Of a stretch of 37,619 nt of DNA, positions 19,784 to 27,862 are shown one piece after another; within the stretch, counting starts at the first letter, position 1; the number at the start of each line of letters is the position of its first letter. Under the pieces are notes generated by a model, which had not been told where the DNA came from, did not search any database, and was given only the letters and a program-made list of their open reading frames with translations. The translations under genes were made by a program, and so were the position numbers. This DNA is from a virus (Duplodnaviria; Heunggongvirae; Uroviricota; Caudoviricetes): the IMG/VR virus record IMGVR_UViG_3300025122_000007, positions 1 to 37,619 of that record; one strand, 5' to 3'.

Positions 19784-20724
19784 GAGTTCTCTCTGTAATA
19801 ATCATCAATCAATTCAACACATAGATCGATAACCCAAGCAGTGTTGTTCTTTTCAGGAAGATCGCTTGGTATGGTTTCAAGTTTTTCAAATGCTTCGTAG
19901 GACATTTGAGTAAGCTCATCATAAGAATATTTACCACCCCTGATATCACGTAGGACTGTAAGCTCTTCATCAGAACGCGGATGAATCAGATCACCAGTCT
20001 CCAAGATGCTTCTGCCTACAAGAAGTAGTCGGTACAAATGCATGGCATGCTTTGTATCATATCCGAACTCAGTTTCGAGCTTGGCTCGGTCAGTGTTACG
20101 ATTGGCACGCCACTCTTGATAGTTTTCCCATTTCTTTTTCTTCTCATCGTGAAGAACACGATCGAATGGAGTAACAGGACCAAGCTTGGCATCTAACACT
20201 GGTTCTGTTGGTGGGCTCTCGATCCACTTGAGATGTCTTTCGATTCTCTTGATCTGTGCCAGTGCATAACTACCATAAGAATGCCTTACTGTCTGAGACA
20301 GGAATCTCTTACGATGCGGCCAGATCTTTTTTTGAAACCAGGTCTTGTCTGGTAGAGATGTCAGCAACTTTACAAGTTCGCCTCTGTCTTCTCCAACACC
20401 ACGCAACTGCATAGCACCATCTTTTCCAAAATGTCTACCTGGTTGTCCAAATAAGATATCTAGAATTGTTGGGTTGTTACGGTTGCAGAGCCGAAGGAAC
20501 TCTCTGATGTCTAAGAACTCACATTCAATTGACTTGCTTTCGTTCTCAAATCGAATGCCAGACGGCTTCTTTCCTTCTGCCCAAAGACCATACAACTTGT
20601 TCTTTGGTGGAATGAAGAGACCTTTTATGTCCCAATCGGAAGTGGGACTTTGCAACCCATATAATCTACTACCGAAGACTCCAGCGTAGACTGTTCCGAT
20701 CGGAATCTGCTCATAGAGTTCCAT
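19780..20724 (-). CDS. Pol-beta superfamily nucleotidyltransferase (YcgL/RNA-repair-associated type; likely start MELYEQ)
   Basis: GSRLYGLQSPTSDWD (GS...DxD), NNPTILDIL and YDTKHAMHLYRLL. Confidence 0.85.
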   Translation of the reverse strand: MELYEQIPIGTVYAGVFGSRLYGLQSPTSDWDIKGLFIPPKNKLYGLWAEGKKPSGIRFENESKSIECEFLDIREFLRLCNRNNPTILDILFGQPGRHFGKDGAMQLRGVGEDRGELVKLLTSLPDKTWFQKKIWPHRKRFLSQTVRHSYGSYALAQIKRIERHLKWIESPPTEPVLDAKLGPVTPFDRVLHDEKKKKWENYQEWRANRNTDRAKLETEFGYDTKHAMHLYRLLLVGRSILETGDLIHPRSDEELTVLRDIRGGKYSYDELTQMSYEAFEKLETIPSDLPEKNNTAWVIDLCVELIDDYYRENS

Positions 20725-20822
20725 GGTAATTCTCCGGTGCCATCGCAATGATCGCATCCTACATAGACGAGCTCACCGGGCTCCCAGTAGAAGCCAAGCC
20801 CATCACACTTGTTACATTTCAT
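20625..20822 (-). CDS. Small DnaJ-type CxxCxGxG zinc-finger protein
   Basis: MKCNKCDGLG...GCDHCDGTG. Confidence 0.6.
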   Translation of the reverse strand: MKCNKCDGLGFYWEPGELVYVGCDHCDGTGELPWNSMSRFRSEQSTLESSVVDYMGCKVPLPIGT

Positions 20823-20870
20823 TATGCCCTGAAGCAGAGTATCTACCACAGAGCTAGCCCCACACTCGAA

Positions 20871-20993
20871 TTAACGAGTTGTGTTCTGTGTCTGATTACG
20901 TACGCGAGTCACTGTTGCCTTATAGGCGGTGATGCTACGAAGCAGACGTGCATTCTCAGCCTGTAGCTGAGTTACCTGCTCTCTTAGAGTCAT
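20871..20993 (-). CDS. 40-aa coiled-coil micro-protein (below the ORF-track cutoff)
   Basis: MTLREQVTQLQAENARLLRSITAYKATVTRVRNQTQNTTR, with AGGAG 8 nt upstream and a paralogous motif in 32689..33111. Confidence 0.75.
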   Translation of the reverse strand: MTLREQVTQLQAENARLLRSITAYKATVTRVRNQTQNTTR

Positions 20994-21801
20994 TTTGCAT
21001 TCTCCTTTTATTTCTTTGATAGTAGACAGATTGAGGTGAACACCCCATGTCTCTAGCTATCTGCATACCACTCTTCGTCCAGTCGATCTGTGACCAATCA
21101 AAGTCACCTCTTTGTCCACGACGTGGTGGCACGGTATCGACATGCTTGAGATGTCGTTCGATGGTGAAAGGATCGAGAACCTTTGTGCCCTTTCCTATTC
21201 TTCCTACCATCAAGAGCATAGGAGAGGTCTCCATATACTCCAGGTATCTGATTACTTCAAAGTGCATATCTTGTTCAGCCGCTGTGACATTTAGAGTGTC
21301 TGCCAGGAACTTTCTTCTCAGCCAATCCCAATCATGCTCATCTTGTCCTGGAACCAGGTCCCAGACAGCTTTGCTCTCTCTTCCACGAAGAAGAGTGACT
21401 GCAATGATAGGATCATCACTTCCATTGAAATACATATGGTTGCGAATGAAGTCTTGTAGACCCCATAGCTTGTCAGAATCTAGACAACCACAGTAATCAA
21501 ACCATGCTAGATTATATTCACCGGCAGCATCGTGGATGTTGCCCTTGTTCATCTTGATGGGAAGCTCTTCTTGCTTCGCCTTCATCTCAATGACCTTGGC
21601 CACCTTGCCTTCCCACTCCCAACCTTCCATCTCAACAGAGATAAGGTCACCAACATCTACAAGCTTCTTTTCAAAGCCAAGAGTAATGCCTGGAAGTCCC
21701 AAGTATTTGATATCACTGCTAAAATGACGGAGCGTCTCTCCAAGTAGCACTCGTCGTGCTACCTCTTTGACCTCGCCACCACCTGAATACTTTATGTTCA
21801 C
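20956..21801 (-). CDS. Possible SAM-methyltransferase-like domain with a C-terminal HTH
   Basis: YLGLPG and LAWFDYCG motifs; the C-terminal SGMQIARDMGCSPQSVYYQR looks like an HTH. Confidence 0.4.
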   Translation of the reverse strand: MNIKYSGGGEVKEVARRVLLGETLRHFSSDIKYLGLPGITLGFEKKLVDVGDLISVEMEGWEWEGKVAKVIEMKAKQEELPIKMNKGNIHDAAGEYNLAWFDYCGCLDSDKLWGLQDFIRNHMYFNGSDDPIIAVTLLRGRESKAVWDLVPGQDEHDWDWLRRKFLADTLNVTAAEQDMHFEVIRYLEYMETSPMLLMVGRIGKGTKVLDPFTIERHLKHVDTVPPRRGQRGDFDWSQIDWTKSGMQIARDMGCSPQSVYYQRNKRRMQNDSKRAGNSATG

Positions 21802-21803
21802 TG

Positions 21804-22136
21804 CTATGCCTTAGCTACTTTGTAAATCTTAACCGGGTTACCTAATGAAGAGGTCGCCTCTTGGAATTCCTCTTCGGTATATTTCTTTCGTAAAGTACTG
21901 TTACCATTGCAGACAGGACAGGTCTTTCGTTTCAACCAATATCCTTCATACAGATAGTCATAACTGAAATCTTTATCACAATTGGTGCACTCCCAATCGT
22001 AAGTTGTTCCGAAGAACAGATCGAGGATCTTTCGACCCATCTTTCTAGCTGAGCGATTAATAAAGAAACCACTCAGTGCGCGTGCAAATCTTAATACGAC
22101 ATGTTTATACATGAATGAGATTATAGTACTAAGCAT
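21804..22136 (-). CDS. Hypothetical Zn-ribbon protein with hydrophobic N-terminus
   Basis: CTNC and CPVC. Confidence 0.55.
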   Translation of the reverse strand: MLSTIISFMYKHVVLRFARALSGFFINRSARKMGRKILDLFFGTTYDWECTNCDKDFSYDYLYEGYWLKRKTCPVCNGNSTLRKKYTEEEFQEATSSLGNPVKIYKVAKA

Positions 22137-22701
22137 TACCTCCTTTGCGACGTACCCTCACAACGTCGCCTCCCAATGTAAGCACTCCGTATGCAAGAAC
22201 GACCAACTCATCAAGAGTCAGTTCGCGCTCGCTGTTCCCAGGTCTTTCGTCAGGATATACTGTAATGCTTTCGCCTCGAGAACTTCCTATAGTGAAGGTC
22301 GTGCCTGTCTTCTTCCAGTCTTGAACTAACGCTGCTAATCTTTCTGGGGTCAGCGTATCTTTTAGTAGAACTGCTACAGGTACTTCTAATGTTGGTTGGA
22401 TGGTATGTAACATGGGGACTACCGAGTCTCGCATGTCTACCCAAACCTCCATCTTCTTCGTCTCATCTCTCATGAATGTTCGAGGCTTAGGCCAGTTGTA
22501 TACTAGTTCATCGCCGTCCACATTAGCATCAAAGTCTGCACAAATGATATTGATAGGGCTTCTTACATCCACCCTGTCATTTTTCTTGAATGTAGTGATT
22601 TCAAAATCAGAGGCAGGAATGCCACATGATTCCATTACTTTGTTAAGCTGCTTAACGTCGCTAGCTGATGCATTGTGGCAGAAAACTGCAATGGATCGCA
22701 T
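22129..22701 (-). CDS. Hypothetical protein
   Basis: 190-aa coupled ORF with a GGAG RBS. Confidence 0.6.
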   Translation of the reverse strand: MRSIAVFCHNASASDVKQLNKVMESCGIPASDFEITTFKKNDRVDVRSPINIICADFDANVDGDELVYNWPKPRTFMRDETKKMEVWVDMRDSVVPMLHTIQPTLEVPVAVLLKDTLTPERLAALVQDWKKTGTTFTIGSSRGESITVYPDERPGNSERELTLDELVVLAYGVLTLGGDVVRVRRKGGNA

Positions 22702-23390
22702 AGCTCCTCCTTTTTCACTTCATATAAATTTTCTGGAACCTCTACTCCTTCGAGTGAGATTTCAATTGCTCTTCCGGGGACCCAGGCGTCTGCTGGGATG
22801 TGCCAACCTGGCGTAACGAGTGGAGCTTTTGGTTCTGTTTCGCCCACTGTCCCAGCAACACCTGTCTCGCTTGCCACAGATGTGGCTTCCCGTCCGTCGT
22901 CTCTATCTGAGCTTGGAGCTTCGCCATCTTCGCTGACAGATCTCTCTCCATCTCCTGCTTCAACTCCTGTTCCTTCTGTTCTGGCGTCAGCAGTGTAGTG
23001 TAGTCTAAGTTTGCACCCATAATTTCCCTTCTTTCCGAAAGCCTCGTCTGTAGTCTCTACGACTTCCAGCTGAAGAAGAAGATCATTTTGCATTCCTTTG
23101 AATACAGACTCGACAATCGACTTAGGTATAAATCCAAGTGACTTCCTCTTTCTTCCCCAGTAGTCCTTGCAAAAGACATAGGTTTCAATGGACTTGTTCC
23201 ATTCACCTGATTCCACATCGTGGTGTGCAATGAGCTCAAGAGTCATAGCGTGAGGCTTTCGGGCCCGATGCAAGCGACTGATTGTATCTATACGACCTTC
23301 GTACTGAGTTCCTGTCGCAAAGAACTCGACAAAGGTTCCGTTATCCGTCGTCCCTGTCGGACGATTCCACCATCTTGCGTCTAATAGCAT
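22635..23390 (-). CDS. HIRAN-like domain protein with acidic low-complexity tail
   Basis: FFATGTQYEGR...LELIAHHD...NKSIETYV...LGFIPK follows the HIRAN pattern. Confidence 0.65.
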   Translation of the reverse strand: MLLDARWWNRPTGTTDNGTFVEFFATGTQYEGRIDTISRLHRARKPHAMTLELIAHHDVESGEWNKSIETYVFCKDYWGRKRKSLGFIPKSIVESVFKGMQNDLLLQLEVVETTDEAFGKKGNYGCKLRLHYTADARTEGTGVEAGDGERSVSEDGEAPSSDRDDGREATSVASETGVAGTVGETEPKAPLVTPGWHIPADAWVPGRAIEISLEGVEVPENLYEVKKEELCDPLQFSATMHQLATLSSLTK

Positions 23391-23850
23391 CTAGGATTTC
23401 CTTAAACTCTAAGCTTGTAAGAGAACCGTCTTCAAGATCCAGTTGTCTTTCTAATTCTACGGCGGCATTGGTTTGCAGCATATCGATGGTCTCTGTGATC
23501 TTGTTGATAAGCGTCTCTGCAAAATCAACAACATCTTCTACGTCAGGAACCTCTTCGACAATCTCCATTCTATACCCACCATCTGTAAGCCAGCTGGAGA
23601 GTACGAATCCTATGACGACCAGTCCTATCATCTCTCTAAGAGATCCATAGGGGACTTCTTCGTTTTTGTGGAAGTCTTCCCAGTAATGACCAAAGATGAC
23701 AGAACAGATAGGAAGAACATTGTCCTTTATCGTATTGTCATCAGAGATCAGTGATAAATTTACACCTTGTAACAAGGCACCGAACTCTTCTTCTAGATCA
23801 AGTTCCTTCTCATCCTGAAAGATCTTGATTTTCTTGATCGGATCCATCAT
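23341..23850 (-). CDS. Acidic hypothetical protein
   Basis: 169-aa coupled ORF with a GAGG RBS. Confidence 0.55.
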   Translation of the reverse strand: MMDPIKKIKIFQDEKELDLEEEFGALLQGVNLSLISDDNTIKDNVLPICSVIFGHYWEDFHKNEEVPYGSLREMIGLVVIGFVLSSWLTDGGYRMEIVEEVPDVEDVVDFAETLINKITETIDMLQTNAAVELERQLDLEDGSLTSLEFKEILDAIRRKMVESSDRDDG

Positions 23851-24181
23851 CTTCCTCTACTGGCTGTGCCAACACGCCAGGCATCACAAACGTTTGATTA
23901 GGGCCACCGCCTGCTACGCCACCAGGAATCATGTTGTTGGAAGCAAGTACTTCATCTTCAATGATCTTAGGTGGAGCTACGGGAGTCAGAAAGAGTTGCA
24001 CCTGTGCATTGAACACTGTCAAGGCCAAGTCATGTACTCTACCATCTCTCATAGACGGCATTCCTGGTTCACTTTCATCATCAGGGATGATCAGGTCACC
24101 AAGCATATAACATTCGCTGGCCAGGACGGCCAGATCATGATCAAGGACATCAAGCCCTTGAATAACTAGACCTGGTCCCAT
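23810..24181 (-). CDS. Hypothetical protein
   Basis: 123-aa ORF in the operon orientation. Confidence 0.5.
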   Translation of the reverse strand: MGPGLVIQGLDVLDHDLAVLASECYMLGDLIIPDDESEPGMPSMRDGRVHDLALTVFNAQVQLFLTPVAPPKIIEDEVLASNNMIPGGVAGGGPNQTFVMPGVLAQPVEEDDGSDQENQDLSG

Positions 24182-24627
24182 CCTAGCACCCTAGGCACTG
24201 CAAACTCTACGAGCTGCACAAAGCTCATGATCTGATGCGTCTTGGCATATACAGATACGAACTTGTTGTTTGCGCCTTCCTTCTGTCCAATTGATAGCTT
24301 GAATGAACCCTTGTTTCCGGGTTCGATCTTGAACGTGCTTGTCTTGCCATTGTGGTCATGGACAAGGTGAACCTTGTTGTCTACCTTCAGGCCTGACAGA
24401 ATCTGTCCCAGGTCTGCAGATCCAAGAGCCATGATGATCTTGTTTCCCCAGTCACAACGCTCTCCGTCGTCAAGGGTCGGTGCGGCTTCGATGAAGATAG
24501 CTCCTTCCTTGTCGACCACCTCGAACTGCTTACCTTCTGGAACCTTCCATCTAGGACCCGCAAAGGAGAACTGGAACTGACCCTGCTTCTTCATGTACAC
24601 ACTGAAATTTTCGCTTCTTTTACTCAC
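24166..24627 (-). CDS. Whirly-like single-stranded nucleic-acid-binding protein
   Basis: FSVY...EGAIFIEAAP...DWGNKIIMALGSADLGQIL...LVHD...FKIEP...FAVPRVLGW follows the Whirly motif order. Confidence 0.75.
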   Translation of the reverse strand: MSKRSENFSVYMKKQGQFQFSFAGPRWKVPEGKQFEVVDKEGAIFIEAAPTLDDGERCDWGNKIIMALGSADLGQILSGLKVDNKVHLVHDHNGKTSTFKIEPGNKGSFKLSIGQKEGANNKFVSVYAKTHQIMSFVQLVEFAVPRVLGWDQV

Positions 24628-24629
24628 TG

Positions 24630-25028
24630 TTACCTCTTTCGCTTAGGCTTTATCTGTGCCTCTTGCGACCTTATATATTCTATTGCTGCCTTACCTCCAG
24701 CCATCTCTTTGATGATCTGGGGCGCGGCGCTATCCCATCCATCCTCCGAAGGAGGAGTTATTACATCCTCAGAGAATTGATGAGCGATCTTACTAAGGGC
24801 GTCAGCAGACAATATGACTGCTCCACCTAATGTTCTTCTCTTCATGTAGTCAAGACGTACCACGTCAAAGCCGTGGAAGTCACGGTCATATAACGACTGA
24901 CCTGTCATGAGAATGAAATTGATACACGTATACAACAACTCAAGACCGGTGAGCTTTTCGCTCTCCAGTACATCAGTCAGCATATCTATTGTGTTTTGTA
25001 CTTTGTTCTTACGAAATCTTTTCGCCAT
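24630..25028 (-). CDS. Hypothetical protein
   Basis: 132-aa ORF with a GAGG RBS. Confidence 0.55.
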   Translation of the reverse strand: MAKRFRKNKVQNTIDMLTDVLESEKLTGLELLYTCINFILMTGQSLYDRDFHGFDVVRLDYMKRRTLGGAVILSADALSKIAHQFSEDVITPPSEDGWDSAAPQIIKEMAGGKAAIEYIRSQEAQIKPKRKR

Positions 25029-25344
25029 GTAACTTGTTCAATTCCTGCCACATTGCATTGTGCTCACCAAGATTCATAAGAGCTACTCTGAAATCTGGAT
25101 ACTTTTTACGATACATGGAAGCAAGTCCTTCTTGTCCTTCAATGATGGAAGCCCGAAGATTAGCTATTCTGTCAGCAAGTTTGACTGCTCTAGCTTCTGG
25201 AGAGGCATAGCGAAGCTTCTCATATACAGCAGCCTTACGAGTCTTTCTATTAGGAAAGCCAGGAGGGTCGGTGACAGCTTCCACCATCTCAGCCACCTTC
25301 ATGCCAAACAAACCACGGACATCCATTATAGTCGCACTGGTGTA
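25009..25344 (-). pseudogene. 5'-truncated HD-domain (p)ppGpp hydrolase (Mesh1/SpoT-HD-like), C-terminal half only
   Basis: LFG-x-x-VAEMVEAVTD and VKLADRIANLR are present. The H...HD/ED motifs are absent, and an in-frame TAA lies 7 codons upstream of the ATG at 25326. Confidence 0.65.
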
Positions 25345-25370
25345 TTATTGGACCTGACCAGAGTTGTCAA
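25342..25370 (-). promoter_or_regulatory. Possible sigma70-type promoter just downstream of the tmRNA
   Basis: Perfect TTGACA, a 17-nt spacer, then TAATAC (imperfect -10). Confidence 0.35.
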
Positions 25371-25372
25371 GT

Positions 25373-25778
25373 TGGTGGACGTGGGGAGAGTCGAACTCCC
25401 GTCCGCAAACACTCATGTGTTCATCGATACAATCATTCCTGTTAACAGGCATAGGGGCGTCGTTAGGACGCCTCCACCAGGGTAGATTTAAGGTCTCTCC
25501 AAGACAGGGGTGAGTAGTTTATATCCTCCGCTCTCAGAGGTGAATTTATCAAAGCGACTTTCTGTTCAGAGGCAGTCACCGCCCGTGGCTTTATGCGAGT
25601 GCGAGCTCGCCAGATCCGAAGATCATAGCGAAATCGGCCCTCAGGCCAGCGAACACAGTCTCGATTGACTCGATCATATCTGCATTTACTTTGTTTGGGT
25701 TTGTATTTAAGTGAGCCAACCCACTCACTGATTGCGATTCATACAGTCTTGTATCCACGTCGATACCTTTTCACGCCC
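25373..25778 (-). ncRNA. ssrA: tmRNA, 406 nt, one-piece
   Basis: Acceptor stem GGGCGUG/CACGUCC with G3:U70, discriminator A and encoded CCA. 5' GGUAUCGAC, T-arm GGGAG-UUCGACU-CUCCC, pk1 (GUGAGU/GCUCAC with GGGUU/AACCC), and an internal tag ORF. Confidence 0.96.
25591..25683 (-). other. tmRNA tag reading frame: (A)ADMIESIETVFAGLRADFAMIFGSGELALA*
   Basis: The resume codon GCA after GUAAAU is inferred. The frame is open for 30 codons and ends LALA-UAA. Confidence 0.8.
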
Positions 25779-25799
25779 GTACTGTAGAAGTTTTTCATG

Positions 25800-25816
25800 A
25801 AGTAGCACTGCTACTT
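25800..25816. repeat. 7-bp hairpin AAGTAGC-ACT-GCTACTT upstream of the tmRNA
   Basis: Perfect inverted repeat. Confidence 0.6.
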
Positions 25817-25851
25817 ATGGTAGGGAACTTCCACCAAAAACCCTGGACTGT

Positions 25852-26220
25852 TTAGAACGGGATAGGAGCTGTTCCACCCGTCACTGCGCCAGTGGTCTCA
25901 GTCGTGGTAGCGACTGTGGTTCCACCGGTGGCCTCATTATAAGCTGCCTCAACCGCTTGCTGCAACTCGACACGTACTTCCTTGGAAGTAGGCCAGACCT
26001 CATCAAAGTAACGACGATTGGTATCACCTTCTGCCTGTGTGTCATCGAACTTACGGTTCTGAGACTGAGGTAGAGCGATAAAATAACCACTACCATCCTT
26101 CTTTCGAATCAACCGATACCTCACGGCGACAGCGTCAGCGATTGTAACAGATCCTCCTGCTACGACTGGTCCATCACCTTCGTTCGGCCAAATTCTAATT
26201 CCTGTAATGAATGTACTCAT
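25852..26220 (-). CDS. spoVG: SpoVG-family nucleic-acid-binding protein with an SSB-like C-terminal tail
   Basis: ITGIRIWP...AGGSVTIADAVAVR...FIALPQ...YFDEVWPTSKEVRVELQQAVEAAY, then a T/G/A-rich linker ending IPF. Confidence 0.8.
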   Translation of the reverse strand: MSTFITGIRIWPNEGDGPVVAGGSVTIADAVAVRYRLIRKKDGSGYFIALPQSQNRKFDDTQAEGDTNRRYFDEVWPTSKEVRVELQQAVEAAYNEATGGTTVATTTETTGAVTGGTAPIPF

Positions 26221-26408
26221 TAGTTCTCCTTAATGTCCATAAAGCCCATCCATTTCAGGGTCTTATCCAGGACTGCATTGATTTCTTTAGCTAATTCCAC
26301 GTCTTTGCATTGGATAGCTAAGGCATAGAGATCAGTTCCGCTCTTGTAAAATTCATAGGTTATCATCTGGTAATGCAGATTGTCCTTGAGTTCCTTCGTC
26401 GTACTCAC
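26220..26408 (-). CDS. Small hypothetical protein overlapping the RT 3' end
   Basis: 62-aa ORF whose stop abuts the spoVG start. Confidence 0.5.
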   Translation of the reverse strand: MSTTKELKDNLHYQMITYEFYKSGTDLYALAIQCKDVELAKEINAVLDKTLKWMGFMDIKEN

Positions 26409-27222
26409 CTCTATAACTCCTCATCAAGCTTTCATATTGAGAAGGCTTGACTCCTTTGATGAACTCCAGAATGCCAAGCATGCTTTCGTCCATCTCTTCT
26501 CCCTTCAGCCCCAAGAAATGGAGCTGTTGGCGCAACTGATTTCTTGTCTTCTTCGATACACCAAGTGTGTCGTTGTTGACTACGATTCCAGTTACAGACT
26601 GTCGTTGGAAGTAAGGCATCTTCTTGATCTTGCGATCATTGAGCTTAAAGCCAAATTCCTCAGCTACGGTACGTATCCTGTTTACAAACCAATCAGGTAT
26701 CTCATCTCCAGAAAAGGTAAGATCATCTGCATACCGTGTATAGGTAAGCTCCTGACTGTCCGCTACTCTTTTCAACTCAAAATCCATAGGCTTAAGTACT
26801 ATGTTTGAGATGACTGGACTGGTACATGCTCCCTGTGGAAGACATCCATTCAAGGTGCAGAGAGATGTTATCTTCTCTACATCCCATTCATCATTGACAT
26901 CAAGGTGCTCTTCCTCTCTTGTAAGAGCTTTGAAGATCATGAAGCTGGTAACAGAGGGAAAGAAGTCTTTGAGATCTATATTGATCACATACTTCTTTGC
27001 CTTATGAAGCTCAGCATTTGTAAGAATGCTTCTGTCTGCTCTGAAACCATGTGCAGCTGGATGCAAAGGAACCTTATCAAGTCGTTCTTTTGCCAGCTTG
27101 TGCCACTCGATGATGTCACCGATAGGTTCAGTGATCTGCCGAAACTTTCCACTCTTTTTCTTTACTGAATAGATTCGATAGTAACTATGTCTATTCGCTA
27201 AGATGTCACTGAGTCCAGACAT
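26353..27222 (-). CDS. Retron-type reverse transcriptase
   Basis: KKSGKFRQI, AHGF, NAELH (NAxxH), IDLKDFFPS, LPQGACTSP, catalytic YADD, and SVTGIVVN (VTG). Confidence 0.93.
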   Translation of the reverse strand: MSGLSDILANRHSYYRIYSVKKKSGKFRQITEPIGDIIEWHKLAKERLDKVPLHPAAHGFRADRSILTNAELHKAKKYVINIDLKDFFPSVTSFMIFKALTREEEHLDVNDEWDVEKITSLCTLNGCLPQGACTSPVISNIVLKPMDFELKRVADSQELTYTRYADDLTFSGDEIPDWFVNRIRTVAEEFGFKLNDRKIKKMPYFQRQSVTGIVVNNDTLGVSKKTRNQLRQQLHFLGLKGEEMDESMLGILEFIKGVKPSQYESLMRSYRGEYDEGTQGQSALPDDNL

Positions 27223-27845
27223 TCTTCTTCACCTGGTAGGAAGTTTCTCCATGAAGAATGAACCTTGCTGACTCCTGCTGTCATTGGTTTCCATTCTGGA
27301 ATGTAAGGCTTCGATAGAAGTTTCATTCCTGCTTCTTTTGGAGTTCTGTTCCCCTTCCTTTGATTGCACTTGATACATGCTGTCACACAATTATCAAAGT
27401 TGGTTCCAGGGAAACGCATGGTTGGATGGTTTCTTGGTATCACATGATCTATGTTGATACGCGGCCTGCCATTGCTATCTCTTCTGTTTCTCTTGAAATC
27501 ATTACCACAGTACTGGCATCTATAGTTGTCTCTTTCAAAGACACCACCTCTGCTGTATTTCAGTTCATGCCTAGGTAGTCTGTCGTACTTGGTAAGAATG
27601 ACCACTCTAGGAACTAGGATGGGTGTTCCTGGACCATGCCTAACAAAGTCCTCGAACAATTCCATCTGCTTTTCATTGACTGGCAGAGTTCTCCACGCAG
27701 AGAAATCATGAACCATTCCAGTTCTATGATCTAGAGCGTTTACCGTTCCAGAGCATAGTCTTGTGAATGCTCTTCCTACTTCAATGATATGAATAGGAAA
27801 CCATTGTTTGTTTAGTACTAAAGTATCACCACGGATGCCCATCAT
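27198..27845 (-). CDS. McrA-like HNH endonuclease
   Basis: RDNYRCQYCG, NIDHVIPR and VTACIKCNQRKGNRTP. Overlaps the RT start by 25 nt. Confidence 0.9.
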   Translation of the reverse strand: MMGIRGDTLVLNKQWFPIHIIEVGRAFTRLCSGTVNALDHRTGMVHDFSAWRTLPVNEKQMELFEDFVRHGPGTPILVPRVVILTKYDRLPRHELKYSRGGVFERDNYRCQYCGNDFKRNRRDSNGRPRINIDHVIPRNHPTMRFPGTNFDNCVTACIKCNQRKGNRTPKEAGMKLLSKPYIPEWKPMTAGVSKVHSSWRNFLPGEEECLDSVTS

Positions 27846-27862
27846 CCATCTCCTTTAGGTTG

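Noticed and set aside
20842-20861. GGGGCTAGCTC...TGGTAGA resembling a tRNA 5' half
   Set aside because: No T-arm or complementary acceptor strand follows.
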